The translations under genes were made by a program, and so were the position numbers. Under the pieces are notes generated by a model. It made no database searches. It was not told where the DNA came from and saw only the letters and a list, made by a program, of their open reading frames with translations. Shown one piece after another: positions 7,904-18,193 of a stretch of DNA of 30,280 nucleotides. Source of the stretch: Promethearchaeota archaeon (GTDB lineage: Archaea > Asgardarchaeota > Lokiarchaeia > Sigyniarchaeales > SOKP01); contig JAEOTS010000041.1 in assembly GCA_016839745.1 (NCBI GenBank), positions 1 to 30,280 on the forward strand, given 5' to 3'. How positions within the stretch are numbered: the stretch's first letter is position 1; each line of letters starts with the position of its first letter.

Positions 7904-10900
7904 AATCCTCCCTCCATTATTTTTCTTAAATATGGTGCGGTTGGTGTATTCAATTTTGCTACTTCTTCAGGGGGACCTTTAGCTATTACCCTACCTCCTT
8001 CTGGACCGGCTCCGGGTCCTAGTTCTATGATCCAATCACAAGATGCTAACAAATGGGGATGATGTTCAATAACGACCACAGTATTGCCCTTATCAACTAA
8101 TAGGTGTAAAGTATCGATTAAATTAGAAACATCTTCCAAATGTTGTCCAATAGTAGGTTCGTCTAAAATATAAAGAGTTTTCTTATTTGATTTTTTGGAT
8201 AATTCCTTCACAATTTTAAGTCTTTGAGCTTCTCCTCCAGATAATGTGCGGGCTGGTTGAGATAATTGTAAATAACCAAGCCCCACTTGTATTGCAAAGT
8301 TTAGCTTTGTAGCAATCGTTTGAAAGTCTTTAAACAATTCATATGCTTCTTCAACCGTTAAATTATTTACTTCAGGTAACGAAATTCCTTCAAAATATAC
8401 CTGCCATGCTTCAGCTTGATAACCCGATCCATTGCAGGTTTCACAATTTTCGACAACATCTGGTAAAAATTTCATGTCTATTTTGATATAACCACGTCCA
8501 TTACAAACAGAACATCTTGTTTTTAATTTATTATCATTTAATCCTAAAATCTTTGCATCTTCTGTTTCAGCAAATATTTTGATTATAGAGGGCTCCAGCC
8601 CTAAAAATTTAAGAGGACTTCCAATTTTTGCTCTAGATTGGTCTACTAGTATTGTTTGTGATAAATTACCCTCAATCTTCTCATATTTCCCTGGATCAAT
8701 AGGCTCTCGAGATACTGAGGTTGTGTGTTTAATAGGTACTAAAGCTCTTCCTAATGTGTCAATTAATAACGTACTTTTTCCTGAACCTGAAATTCCACAT
8801 AAACCTACAATGAGTCCATGAGGGATCTCAACCACATCACCTTTTAAGTTATTTTCTCTTGCTCCATAAAGCTTTAACCAGTTCTCAGGTGTTCGAATTT
8901 TCCTTGATGCTTTGAATTTCTTTTTTCCGCTTAACCATTCCCCTGTAATAGTTTGAGCTTTTATAATATCTCCTGATGTTCCTCTAGCTACTATCTCACC
9001 CCCATTAATTCCAGCTCCAGGCCCCATATCAATAATATGATCAGCGATGTCCATGAATAACGGATCGTGTTCTATAGTTATAATTGTATTACCTTTATCG
9101 CGTAAATCCATTAGTACTTCTAGTAATGTTTGTATCTCGGAAGGATGTAAACCCCTCGATGGTTCATCTAGTAAAACTATTAACGATGATAAATCACTAC
9201 CTAATAATCCAGCTATTCGTATTCTTTGTGCTTCTCCAGCAGAGAGAGTCTCAGCCACGCGATTTAGTTTAATATAACCTAATCCTGTTTTGATTAGAAA
9301 TTCCAAACGAGTTAAAATTACTTTAAAACTATTTATCACAAAACTTGGGACATTATTCTCTATTTTCGCTTTTGTTAGTATTTTATAAAGTTTATCTAAC
9401 GGAATATCACATAATTCAGGTATATTATACCCATTAAGAGTTACAGCAAGATATTGAGGACGCAATTTCAATCCATTACATTCATCACATAATGCCTTAT
9501 CTGTATAAGTACCTCCTACATCCCAATCTCTTAACCATTGTTCATAAAAACCTTGAAAAACAAATTCTCTACTATACACTTCTCCTTTTTTATTTTCATA
9601 TTCTACATTTAAAGGTTTTCCATCTCCAAATAAGAATGAATTTTTTGCTTCTTCAGATATTTTATTCCAAGGTGTTAAAAATGGATCAAAACCATAACGA
9701 GTTGCGAGAGCTTGAACAACATAATAACCGCCGTTATAAGGTTTACATAAATAGCCTTTAGGAAAAAATCCTGGCGAATACATAGCTCCCTTACATAAAG
9801 GTTTTTCAGGGTGAGTTATTAATTTATTTGGATTAGGGACTTGAAACGAACCTACTCCATGGCATTTAAGGCAGGCTGCAGAGTAGTTTGTACTAATAAA
9901 ATGTCTTGGTTTAGGAAATTGAATTGAGATATCACATTCATTACAATACCATTTTTCCTCTCTTTTCATCCATTGATTACAGTTAGGACAAGTTTTTTTT
10001 CCCATATAAGAGAAAATATTTGCTAAATAGAGGATAATATCGGTAACTTTTCCTATAGTATTTCGAAGATTAAGGTACCAGCCTTGTATGATTTTTTCAG
10101 GAATTATTAATGCTGTAATTCCCAAACCTTGAATATTTTCTACTAGAGCTTCACTGCTTTCTTTAGTGCTTTGTCTTTCATACATTGAAAGCGTTTCTAA
10201 ATATCTACGTCTTGCTTCTCTCTCAAGGGTATCAATTATTAAACTAGACTTGCCAGACCCAGAAACTCCCGTGACCACAGTAAATTTCCTTTTTGGTATT
10301 GAAACACTTACATTTTTTAGGTTATGAAGATGTGCGTTTTGGATAATAATATTTTCTGAACTTTCTCTTTCTTTTTTATCTTTTTGAGTTAAAGGTAAGA
10401 TACTACTTTCTGCACTTAATGCTTGTGCTGTAAGAGAATTTTTGATGCCCATAAATTCCTTTAACCCCCCTTGATATATGATAGTTCCTCCATTAGGCCC
10501 CGAACCTGGCCCAAGGTCTATAATCCAGTCAGCAGCTCTTATTATGTCAATATTATGTTCAACAATAACAATAGTTGCCTCATTTTGAATTAACCTATCT
10601 AAAATTGTTAATAATCCTGCTAGATCTTGCGGATGTAATCCTGTTGAAGGCTCATCGAGAATTATTAAGGTATCTTTTAAAGTCTTCTTTCCAAGGTATT
10701 TTGACAATTTAATTCGCTGAGCTTCACCTCCAGATAAAGTTGGAGAGGGTTGACCTAGAGAAAGATATCCTAAACCGATATCGTTAAGGGCTTTTAGCAT
10801 TTGCTTAATGGAATTAAGAAATTCTGTAGATAATCTTTTTTCTTGATCAAAAATCCTTGTAACCTCTGAAATTGGAAGTTCACAAAACTCTGCGATAGAA

Positions 10901-12771
10901 TATTCGCTTCCTTCAAATTTTACCTTTTTAGCAAGAATATCTTCAGAAAATCTTTGACCATTACATTCTGGACAAGTGAGCCAATTAGAGGGTAAATATC
11001 TCATCTTAATTTCGAGGGCACCCATCCCTTTACATGTTGGACATTGACCTTCTGGAGTATTGAAGGAAAAATAAGTAGCTTTGAGTCTAGTAGCTTTAGC
11101 AAAAAGCTTTCTAATAATATCAGCTATCTTCGTATAGGTAGCAGGATTTGATCTAGGATTTTTCCCAATTGGAGCTTGATCTACCATGATAGATTTGACT
11201 TTTGGACCTTTAATACCGTCACAACCTATAGGTTCTTTTCCCTTTAATGTAGCAAATAAAACTTCTTCCACAAGAGTGCTCTTTCCTGAACCAGACACTC
11301 CTGTAACAACCGTTAGACGATTTAGGGGAATATTAACATCAATTTTTTTCAGATTATTCTTATAGGCTTTTTCTATTGTTATAAAATTCTGAGGTTTGGG
11401 TCTATGTTTGGGAATGATTACCCTTTCTTTTAAACTAAAGTATTTACCTGTGGGAGTATCGGCTTTCCATAATTCCGCGGGAGTCCCTGTAAATATAATT
11501 TCCCCCCCTTCTCTTCCTGCATCAGGACCAATATCAATCACATTATCTGCAAATACTGTAGCTAACCGGTCATGTTCAATAAAAATTACCGGACCTGCAA
11601 GATTCTGAATCACAGGTAATAGTCGTGCAATATCTGCTGGATGCTGACCAATTGTTGGTTCATCAAGTAAATGAGTAATATCTTCTAATTCGCTCAATAA
11701 TGCTATAGCTAATCTAACTCTTTGAGATTCCCCTCTAGATAAGGTTGGCGAAATTCGGTCTAAAGTCAAATAATTTAAGCCTACAGAATTTAATGCGTAT
11801 AGCCGTTTCTTTATTTCTTGGAATAATCTTATAGAAATAGGTATATCTTCTTTAGAAAAAAAAGTGCTTAATTCTTTTACTGATTTTTTTAATACCTCGG
11901 GAAACAAAAAACCCTCCCAAGTAATATTTGATGCGAAAGGGTGATATCCCGTATCATTACATCTCTTGCAGCCTTCTCCCTTACAATGGGGACAAGCTTT
12001 CGAAAAATGTGTAGGTTCTAGGTCCCTGAACCAAGTTCCACATTCTGAACATGAAGGAACTCGGGAAATAAGAGAGGTTCCTGATTTACCCTCAACAATT
12101 AACGAACTTGCACCTAATGAGGATACAGTTTGGATAATACCTCGTATTGTATTAAGATTGGTGTATCTTGATACTTGGCCAATTTGAATTTGAATTTCAT
12201 GGGGTTCTTTTGGATTTAGTTTTTTTATCACTGGAGTTCCATCTATAATAACTGCTTCAGAACCAAATTCTTTCTTTAAAAGTTCGATTAAGGTTTGATG
12301 ACTCCCTTTTACTTTATTTACCAATTGAGCAGAAATCTTCAATGACTCCTTATTTTTTAACCTATCAATTTTTGTTACAATCTCATCTTCTCGTAAGACT
12401 GATATTTTATTACCACATACATGACACTTTCTCTCTCCAAATCTGGCGAACAAAATCTTTAATAGAGGAATTAGCCCTGTTGCAGACGCTAAACTGGAAT
12501 TGGGATTTCTATTAAGAATATTCTGACCCAGTGCTACCATAGGCCCTAGCCCATTAATAGATTTCACCTTAGCGGGGCTTAAATTCATCTCATCTTTGTT
12601 AACTGAAAATACCTCCAAAAATCTACGACGAGCTTCTTTGTACAAAGTATCAAAAATAAGTGAAGTCTTTCCCGATCCTGATACACCAGTTACCACAGTA
12701 AGTCCATCTTTGATATCTACATCAATATCCTTTAAGTTATGCTCTTGTGCCCCTCGAATTTTGATTTCCAT
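7900..12771 (-). CDS. uvrA: Double-length UvrA-like ABC ATPase (two fused UvrA units, four NBDs)
   Basis: Four GAxxxNLK-like/Walker A sets (GVSGSGKT, GVSGSGKS x2, GISGSGKS), four signatures (LSRGE, LSGGE, LSAGE, LSGGE), four LDEP Walker B motifs and CxxC zinc modules. Confidence 0.92.
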   Translation of the reverse strand: MEIKIRGAQEHNLKDIDVDIKDGLTVVTGVSGSGKTSLIFDTLYKEARRRFLEVFSVNKDEMNLSPAKVKSINGLGPMVALGQNILNRNPNSSLASATGLIPLLKILFARFGERKCHVCGNKISVLREDEIVTKIDRLKNKESLKISAQLVNKVKGSHQTLIELLKKEFGSEAVIIDGTPVIKKLNPKEPHEIQIQIGQVSRYTNLNTIRGIIQTVSSLGASSLIVEGKSGTSLISRVPSCSECGTWFRDLEPTHFSKACPHCKGEGCKRCNDTGYHPFASNITWEGFLFPEVLKKSVKELSTFFSKEDIPISIRLFQEIKKRLYALNSVGLNYLTLDRISPTLSRGESQRVRLAIALLSELEDITHLLDEPTIGQHPADIARLLPVIQNLAGPVIFIEHDRLATVFADNVIDIGPDAGREGGEIIFTGTPAELWKADTPTGKYFSLKERVIIPKHRPKPQNFITIEKAYKNNLKKIDVNIPLNRLTVVTGVSGSGKSTLVEEVLFATLKGKEPIGCDGIKGPKVKSIMVDQAPIGKNPRSNPATYTKIADIIRKLFAKATRLKATYFSFNTPEGQCPTCKGMGALEIKMRYLPSNWLTCPECNGQRFSEDILAKKVKFEGSEYSIAEFCELPISEVTRIFDQEKRLSTEFLNSIKQMLKALNDIGLGYLSLGQPSPTLSGGEAQRIKLSKYLGKKTLKDTLIILDEPSTGLHPQDLAGLLTILDRLIQNEATIVIVEHNIDIIRAADWIIDLGPGSGPNGGTIIYQGGLKEFMGIKNSLTAQALSAESSILPLTQKDKKERESSENIIIQNAHLHNLKNVSVSIPKRKFTVVTGVSGSGKSSLIIDTLEREARRRYLETLSMYERQSTKESSEALVENIQGLGITALIIPEKIIQGWYLNLRNTIGKVTDIILYLANIFSYMGKKTCPNCNQWMKREEKWYCNECDISIQFPKPRHFISTNYSAACLKCHGVGSFQVPNPNKLITHPEKPLCKGAMYSPGFFPKGYLCKPYNGGYYVVQALATRYGFDPFLTPWNKISEEAKNSFLFGDGKPLNVEYENKKGEVYSREFVFQGFYEQWLRDWDVGGTYTDKALCDECNGLKLRPQYLAVTLNGYNIPELCDIPLDKLYKILTKAKIENNVPSFVINSFKVILTRLEFLIKTGLGYIKLNRVAETLSAGEAQRIRIAGLLGSDLSSLIVLLDEPSRGLHPSEIQTLLEVLMDLRDKGNTIITIEHDPLFMDIADHIIDMGPGAGINGGEIVARGTSGDIIKAQTITGEWLSGKKKFKASRKIRTPENWLKLYGARENNLKGDVVEIPHGLIVGLCGISGSGKSTLLIDTLGRALVPIKHTTSVSREPIDPGKYEKIEGNLSQTILVDQSRAKIGSPLKFLGLEPSIIKIFAETEDAKILGLNDNKLKTRCSVCNGRGYIKIDMKFLPDVVENCETCNGSGYQAEAWQVYFEGISLPEVNNLTVEEAYELFKDFQTIATKLNFAIQVGLGYLQLSQPARTLSGGEAQRLKIVKELSKKSNKKTLYILDEPTIGQHLEDVSNLIDTLHLLVDKGNTVVVIEHHPHLLASCDWIIELGPGAGPEGGRVIAKGPPEEVAKLNTPTAPYLRKIMEGGL

Positions 12772-12789
12772 AATACTTTTAACATCTAA

Positions 12790-15279
12790 TTAATTTAAAT
12801 AAGAACCCGTTTTTGAGTTGATATTCTCTTTAATCTTGTCTTTGGGACCTTCTGCTATTATTTCTCCTCCCTTCGGGCCTCCTTCTGGACCTAATTCTAT
12901 AAGATAATCACAATATGATAAGATTTCAGGATCATGTTCTATAACTAAAACGCTATTTCCTTCTCGTACTAATTGATCTAAAAGTTCCATTAATTTTACT
13001 ACATCATAAAAGGATAATCCAACTGTAGGTTCGTCTAAAATGTATAGAGATTTCGTTTTTCTGGCTCTTCCAAGTTCCTTCGCAAGTTTTACACGTTGAG
13101 CTTCTCCACCACTTAATGTTGGAGCTGGTTGTCCTAAGGTTATATATCCCATTCCAATATCTTCAAGGATCTGAAGGACATTAGATATGTTTGCATCTGA
13201 TTTAAACAATTGTAAAGCTTCTGAAACTGTCCTATTTAATACATCTGCAATGGAATTATTTTTATATTTCACATCCAAGATTTCTGGTTTATATCTGAGC
13301 CCATGGCATTCTTTACAAATGATATTAAAGCTGCTTAAAAACGATATTTTTAAGTCTTGTTCACCTGTACCTCTACATGAAGGGCATCGTCCCTTATCAG
13401 AATTATAGGAGAAATGACCCGCACTGTATTTACGCTTTTTTGATTCTGCTAGTTTTGAGAAGTTATTTCTAATTTTATCCCAAATTCCTATATATGACGC
13501 AGGAGTAGATGTTTTAACTCTTGATATTGGTTTTTGATTAACAACTATAACTTCATCTAAATTTTCCCATCCGCTAACCATTCCAGAGTACTCTGAAAAC
13601 TCCTCACTATTTTCTTCCTCCCCATTTTCATTATTTTTATTTTTATCTACGCCGCGCTTGAAAAATGGTTGTAATAATGGAACTAAGGTATCCAAGATTA
13701 AAGAACTTTTTCCGGAGCCAGACACTCCTGCTATACCTACCATCATGCCTAAAGGGATTTTAACTTTAATATTCTTTAAATTATTGGTTTTAGCATTTTT
13801 AATTGTAAGATATTCTGTTGAATTGCTTATTACCTTTTTTGATTCATCTGATTTTTGAGGTAATGATATTTTACCTGTAAGAAATTGTCCTGTATAGGAA
13901 TTACTAGTATTTTTCAATCCTTCTAGTGAACCTTGGAAAACTAATTCTCCCCCATTTATTCCTGCCCCTGGACCAATGTCAATAATCTCGTCAGCGATCT
14001 CAATAAATCGTTTGTCGTGTTCAACAATTATAATAGTATTTCCTAAATCTTTTAATTTCTTCAAGAATTCGATGAGTGAATCCTTTTCTCGTTCATGTAA
14101 ACTCATACTTGGCTCGTCTAAAATATATATAAGAGAATCAATACCTGCATCTAAATGAGTCATTAATGATAGTCTCTGGAGTTCTCCACCACTTAAAGTG
14201 GGTAATGCTCGATTCAAGTGAATATACGATAATCCTACATCCTTCATACTATTAAGTGCTTTGATTACAATCTCGCATATATTCTTTCCCTGAACAGTTG
14301 AAAGATAATTTCTTGTCAATTCTTCTAAAAATGAGATTAATTGATCAATTGGCATCACTGCTATCTCACCGAGATGTTTATCTCCAATTTTTACGCTTCT
14401 GGCTTGCTCGTTTATTCTATATCCCTCACAATCTTCACATTTTTTTAATGACATGAAATTTTTATGGATCTTATCTCGTCGATACGCACTCTTTGATTCT
14501 GTTAGAGCACGTTCTATATGAGGGATAATCCCTTCGAATACTCTTTCTAAGGTTCCCGTAAATGTCTTCGAATCCCACTCAAAGGAAAGTTTTTTACCGC
14601 TCCCATACAAGAAGATTTGTTTAACTTCTTCTGGTAAATCTTTATATGGAGTATTTATATCAAAATCATAAAATTTTGGCAGTTGTTCAACAAATCTAAT
14701 TTGATCAGCAAATACAGCAGAACCAGCTTTAGTAATTTGTATGAGGTTTTTGTTATAATCTTGTACAATTAATTCTTCAGTAAGGTGCATTTGATATCCT
14801 CGCCCTTTACAAGCTAAACACATCCCACTTGGTTCGTTGAAGCTAAAATGTTTAATTTCCAAACGATCTACGCCCATTCCACAGATATCACATTCAAGGT
14901 TTTCATTCACAGGCTCCTTACATATAGGGCAAATTAGTCTACCCTCTGTTGCATACAACATTCTGAGAAGGTTATATAACCTTGTTTTAGTTCCTACCGT
15001 AGAACGAGGATTGAATACGCGAGTTGTCCGCTGCTCCACTGCTACAGTAGGACTCAATCCCTCAAGTAAATCGAAAGGTTTCTCGTCTTCAAATTTTGGA
15101 GGAAATCCAATAGATTGCAAATAACGATTCATTCCTTCATCAAATATAATATCAAATGCTAAACTTGACTTACCTGAACCTGACACACCGGTTATAACAA
15201 CCATTTTTTTTTTAGGGATTTCTACATTTAAATTCTTTAAGTTATGGAGTCTTGCCCCCACTACTTTAATCTTATCCAT
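12790..15279 (-). CDS. uvrA: Class II UvrA-like protein (UvrA2/DrrC type, UvrB-binding domain absent)
   Basis: MDKIKVVGARLHNLKN start, two NBDs and LSGGE x2. Only 9 aa separate CPIC and CDIC, where class I UvrA carries the UvrB-binding domain. Start moved to ATG 15279, which overlaps the upstream stop. Confidence 0.9.
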   Translation of the reverse strand: MDKIKVVGARLHNLKNLNVEIPKKKMVVITGVSGSGKSSLAFDIIFDEGMNRYLQSIGFPPKFEDEKPFDLLEGLSPTVAVEQRTTRVFNPRSTVGTKTRLYNLLRMLYATEGRLICPICKEPVNENLECDICGMGVDRLEIKHFSFNEPSGMCLACKGRGYQMHLTEELIVQDYNKNLIQITKAGSAVFADQIRFVEQLPKFYDFDINTPYKDLPEEVKQIFLYGSGKKLSFEWDSKTFTGTLERVFEGIIPHIERALTESKSAYRRDKIHKNFMSLKKCEDCEGYRINEQARSVKIGDKHLGEIAVMPIDQLISFLEELTRNYLSTVQGKNICEIVIKALNSMKDVGLSYIHLNRALPTLSGGELQRLSLMTHLDAGIDSLIYILDEPSMSLHEREKDSLIEFLKKLKDLGNTIIIVEHDKRFIEIADEIIDIGPGAGINGGELVFQGSLEGLKNTSNSYTGQFLTGKISLPQKSDESKKVISNSTEYLTIKNAKTNNLKNIKVKIPLGMMVGIAGVSGSGKSSLILDTLVPLLQPFFKRGVDKNKNNENGEEENSEEFSEYSGMVSGWENLDEVIVVNQKPISRVKTSTPASYIGIWDKIRNNFSKLAESKKRKYSAGHFSYNSDKGRCPSCRGTGEQDLKISFLSSFNIICKECHGLRYKPEILDVKYKNNSIADVLNRTVSEALQLFKSDANISNVLQILEDIGMGYITLGQPAPTLSGGEAQRVKLAKELGRARKTKSLYILDEPTVGLSFYDVVKLMELLDQLVREGNSVLVIEHDPEILSYCDYLIELGPEGGPKGGEIIAEGPKDKIKENINSKTGSYLN

Positions 15280-15952
15280 GATGGTAACCTTCTCCTTTCT
15301 TTTGTAATATATAATAAGCACAATCGCTTTCATTGGGATTGGCTTTTACCCAGCTAATTTCTGATTCAATAGCCTTAATATTTTCAAATAGATGAGCATC
15401 TTCTTTTCCCTCGCGGATATCCTTAATTTTTCTTTCTAATGGTTCGTAATAATCTGTCCACCAACAACCCTTAGGCCAGTTTAATTGTTTGATAAGTTCG
15501 AAACCACTCTTAGATAACAAATCAATATTTTTATCAATTGTATTAATAGCTTGTCCAAGTACTAAATAACCCCCATCCTTTAGAATGCGATGACACGCAT
15601 TGAAACTTTCCTTAAAACCAATGATCTGCACTACACCCGCCTCCCAGATTAGATCAAAATATTTATCTGGAAATTCATTCTTTAAAAAATCCATTCTTTT
15701 TGTCGTTATTCTATTTTTTAAGTTTCTTATCTTTATTTTTTCATTTAGTTTATCCAAGAGCGCTTGGTCAATATCTATCGCTATGATATCCCCACTAGTC
15801 AAGTTAGCTAGCTCGATAGTAGGTTGACCAGACCCACAGCCTAAATCAAGTATTCTCGGTTTTTCCATCTTTGGAAGCAATTGAAAAGCCTCCCTCATAT
15901 ATTTAAGAAAATTTCCCCTTAATTCTTCCATATACGATTCTTTATATGACAT
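15272..15952 (-). CDS. Class I SAM-dependent methyltransferase
   Basis: ILDLGCGSG, IAIDID, FDLIW and RILKDGG motifs. Confidence 0.9.
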   Translation of the reverse strand: MSYKESYMEELRGNFLKYMREAFQLLPKMEKPRILDLGCGSGQPTIELANLTSGDIIAIDIDQALLDKLNEKIKIRNLKNRITTKRMDFLKNEFPDKYFDLIWEAGVVQIIGFKESFNACHRILKDGGYLVLGQAINTIDKNIDLLSKSGFELIKQLNWPKGCWWTDYYEPLERKIKDIREGKEDAHLFENIKAIESEISWVKANPNESDCAYYILQKKGEGYHHG

Positions 15953-15961
15953 TTTTACCCC

Positions 15962-16393
15962 TTAATTTTTTATATTTGGATTGATTTTATTGCCACAATC
16001 AAAACATTCAGCATCATGAACGCAAATCTCTCCACCGCAATCCGGACATTGATATAACTTTTCTTTTTCCTGTATCCATTGTTCAAATCCAACCTCTTGA
16101 AGTCTCTTTAAATTCTTAACGGGGCTCACACCATATCTTTCTGAATATCTCTCATCAATCCTTTTCAAGTTTGAGCATGGAAAAGTGTCGCATTCGTAAC
16201 AGAACTCAATTTCGTTTTTTCTTATTAACGCACAATCTCTTTTTATAAACGAACAATTTTTATTTCTAATCCGACAGCCTTTACAACCACTTTTATACCC
16301 CTTTTCTTCTAAGAGATCTTTTTTCAATAACAAATATGATCTGCACGCTCCACAATAAATTCCACATGGGGAAACTAAATTTTTTTCATTCAT
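15962..16393 (-). CDS. DUF3795-family Cys-rich protein
   Basis: SPCGIYCGAC, CKGCR, FCYECDTFPC and a C-terminal CPDCG...CFDCG. Confidence 0.8.
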   Translation of the reverse strand: MNEKNLVSPCGIYCGACRSYLLLKKDLLEEKGYKSGCKGCRIRNKNCSFIKRDCALIRKNEIEFCYECDTFPCSNLKRIDERYSERYGVSPVKNLKRLQEVGFEQWIQEKEKLYQCPDCGGEICVHDAECFDCGNKINPNIKN

Positions 16394-16406
16394 GATTTAT
16401 ACTCTT

Positions 16407-17546
16407 TTACACTTTTAATTTTAATAAATTAGTAAACAACATTTCTTCTTTATTTAGAATTTGGAGTGCAAGTTCCTGCAACTTACTTAAATCTATGTTT
16501 TCCAAACAATCATTTTTATGCACATCAGCCGCTTCTTTTAAAGTATCAGCTATTAATGTCCAATACTTAGCAGATTCGTTAATAATCGGTAGACTGTTTT
16601 CTATGATCTTAAAATCTTCGGTAGTCCATGCTTTAGGTCCTTCTCTAACTTCAGGATGACTTAGTAATTCTTCTAAAAATTGGGAATAGAGATTGCGAAA
16701 ACTCGCTCCACCAGTACCCCAAGTTTCAATATACCCATATAATAATTCAAACATTAGTCTGGCGCGTGAGATGGATTTTCCCTGGGGATCTTTTGCTTCC
16801 CCCAGTAATTTCTCTTTCCATAAAGGAATTGAAGTAACGAATTGTTTCAATCCCTGAATACCGTTAGTATTTACTGATGATCGCAACATATTATTAACTA
16901 CTTTTTGAATCGCGACTTTTACTCCTGCTGCTAAGGGTGGATGTTTTCCATCAAGTCTTCTTATCATAGAAAATTGAGCATTACTAGGGTGCATGAATTT
17001 TGGGCCATATTCAGAACTCCTCGCTTCCTTTAATTTTTCAATAGAAATTTCCTGAAATCCTTCGTGGTCTGTATCACCTATATAAGCAATTCCCGTTTCC
17101 TCATCGTAACCCGCTAAAGTAATTGCATGTCCCCCGAAATGAATATCTCCCTCCTCTTCAAAATAGGGTAAATAACCCAAATCAACCTTGAGGATTAGAG
17201 GTTGATTTTGGATTAACATCCTTTTAGACTCTTCCCATGCCTTATCCGCACTAGTAAACGATTGCTTTCTTAGTGTGATCCCTAATAAGCGGCAAGCCAA
17301 AGAGTTTGGTTCGATAGTTCCCTGCTTACCTCCAAGGAAAAAGGGGATTTCTGATTCCGGTATAAATGAAACACTATTGGTGGTATCGAAAAATCCAAAA
17401 CCAATCGTAGCGTCTAAACCAAATGCCATTGGTTCAGACATTGGAAAACCATGGAATTCAAAAAGATCTCTCATCGAAGATGATTCGCAATGATGACCAA
17501 CTCTGTGAATAAAATCATTTACTAGATATTTTTTTGCCAAATTCAT
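16407..17546 (-). CDS. BtrH N-terminal / DUF4872 papain-like (C39-related) protein
   Basis: HCESSSMRDL (putative catalytic Cys), SEPMAFGL, LGYLPYF, HFGGHAITLAGYD (His/Asp) and GTGGASFRNLY. Confidence 0.8.
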   Translation of the reverse strand: MNLAKKYLVNDFIHRVGHHCESSSMRDLFEFHGFPMSEPMAFGLDATIGFGFFDTTNSVSFIPESEIPFFLGGKQGTIEPNSLACRLLGITLRKQSFTSADKAWEESKRMLIQNQPLILKVDLGYLPYFEEEGDIHFGGHAITLAGYDEETGIAYIGDTDHEGFQEISIEKLKEARSSEYGPKFMHPSNAQFSMIRRLDGKHPPLAAGVKVAIQKVVNNMLRSSVNTNGIQGLKQFVTSIPLWKEKLLGEAKDPQGKSISRARLMFELLYGYIETWGTGGASFRNLYSQFLEELLSHPEVREGPKAWTTEDFKIIENSLPIINESAKYWTLIADTLKEAADVHKNDCLENIDLSKLQELALQILNKEEMLFTNLLKLKV

Positions 17547-18078
17547 CTCCCTCTTTGATTTTTTCTATAACCCATTCCATAAACAAAATATCTGTTTCAA
17601 GGATTTTTATAGGATGAATAAATAATCCTGAAACATTGATCGGAAAATTAGGATTCACGCTGAGCATATTTTCCAGTTCAACCTTATGTTTTTTCATTGT
17701 CCCTATTGAATAAGAAAAAGCTTTAATTAGTTGATCCGTGTTCAAGAGTGGAAGCATAGAAAAGGCGACGTAAAAATCCTCATCATTTTTACCAATAAAT
17801 CCCTTAATTACATTATAAACCTTTTCCTTTAGTATTTTTGCACCATAATCTGTAATCGTATATACCTTTCGCTTTCGATGGTCCACTTCTTCTTCATAAT
17901 ACTCAACTAATTTTGTGTTTTCTAATTCAATCATTATCCGATATATCGACGACTTGCCTATTGCTGTCCAATCTCTCATTCCTCTCTCTTCTATCCTTTG
18001 ATTAATATTATAGGCATGACTAGGTGTTTCTGCTATTAATCCTAGCACAACAAACTGTTTATGACTTAAAACTTCCAT
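17515..18078 (-). CDS. PadR-family transcriptional regulator
   Basis: VVLGLIAETPSHAYNI...KSSIY...L...RKVYTITDYG. Confidence 0.88.
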   Translation of the reverse strand: MEVLSHKQFVVLGLIAETPSHAYNINQRIEERGMRDWTAIGKSSIYRIMIELENTKLVEYYEEEVDHRKRKVYTITDYGAKILKEKVYNVIKGFIGKNDEDFYVAFSMLPLLNTDQLIKAFSYSIGTMKKHKVELENMLSVNPNFPINVSGLFIHPIKILETDILFMEWVIEKIKEGDEFGKKISSK

Positions 18079-18093
18079 TTTTCATCCTCAAAC

Positions 18094-18126
18094 AATATTC
18101 TCAAACGGGAATATTCTCATATGAGA
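18094..18126. promoter_or_regulatory. Tandem palindromic operator candidates upstream of padR
   Basis: AATATTCTCA is repeated at 18094 and 18110. TCTCAAACGGGA (18099-18110) and the perfect palindrome TCTCATATGAGA (18115-18126) are 16 bp apart. Confidence 0.6.
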
Positions 18127-18193
18127 CTATAAGTTCTTTTCATATTTAAATATTTCCACTAATTTTTAATTTTAAAAATTATTAAATAAAACT

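Noticed and set aside
15280-15333. N-terminal extension MKAIVLIIYYKRKEKVTI of the 847-aa UvrA
   Set aside because: It overlaps the methyltransferase CDS, and UvrA homology starts at MDKIKVVGA (ATG 15279).
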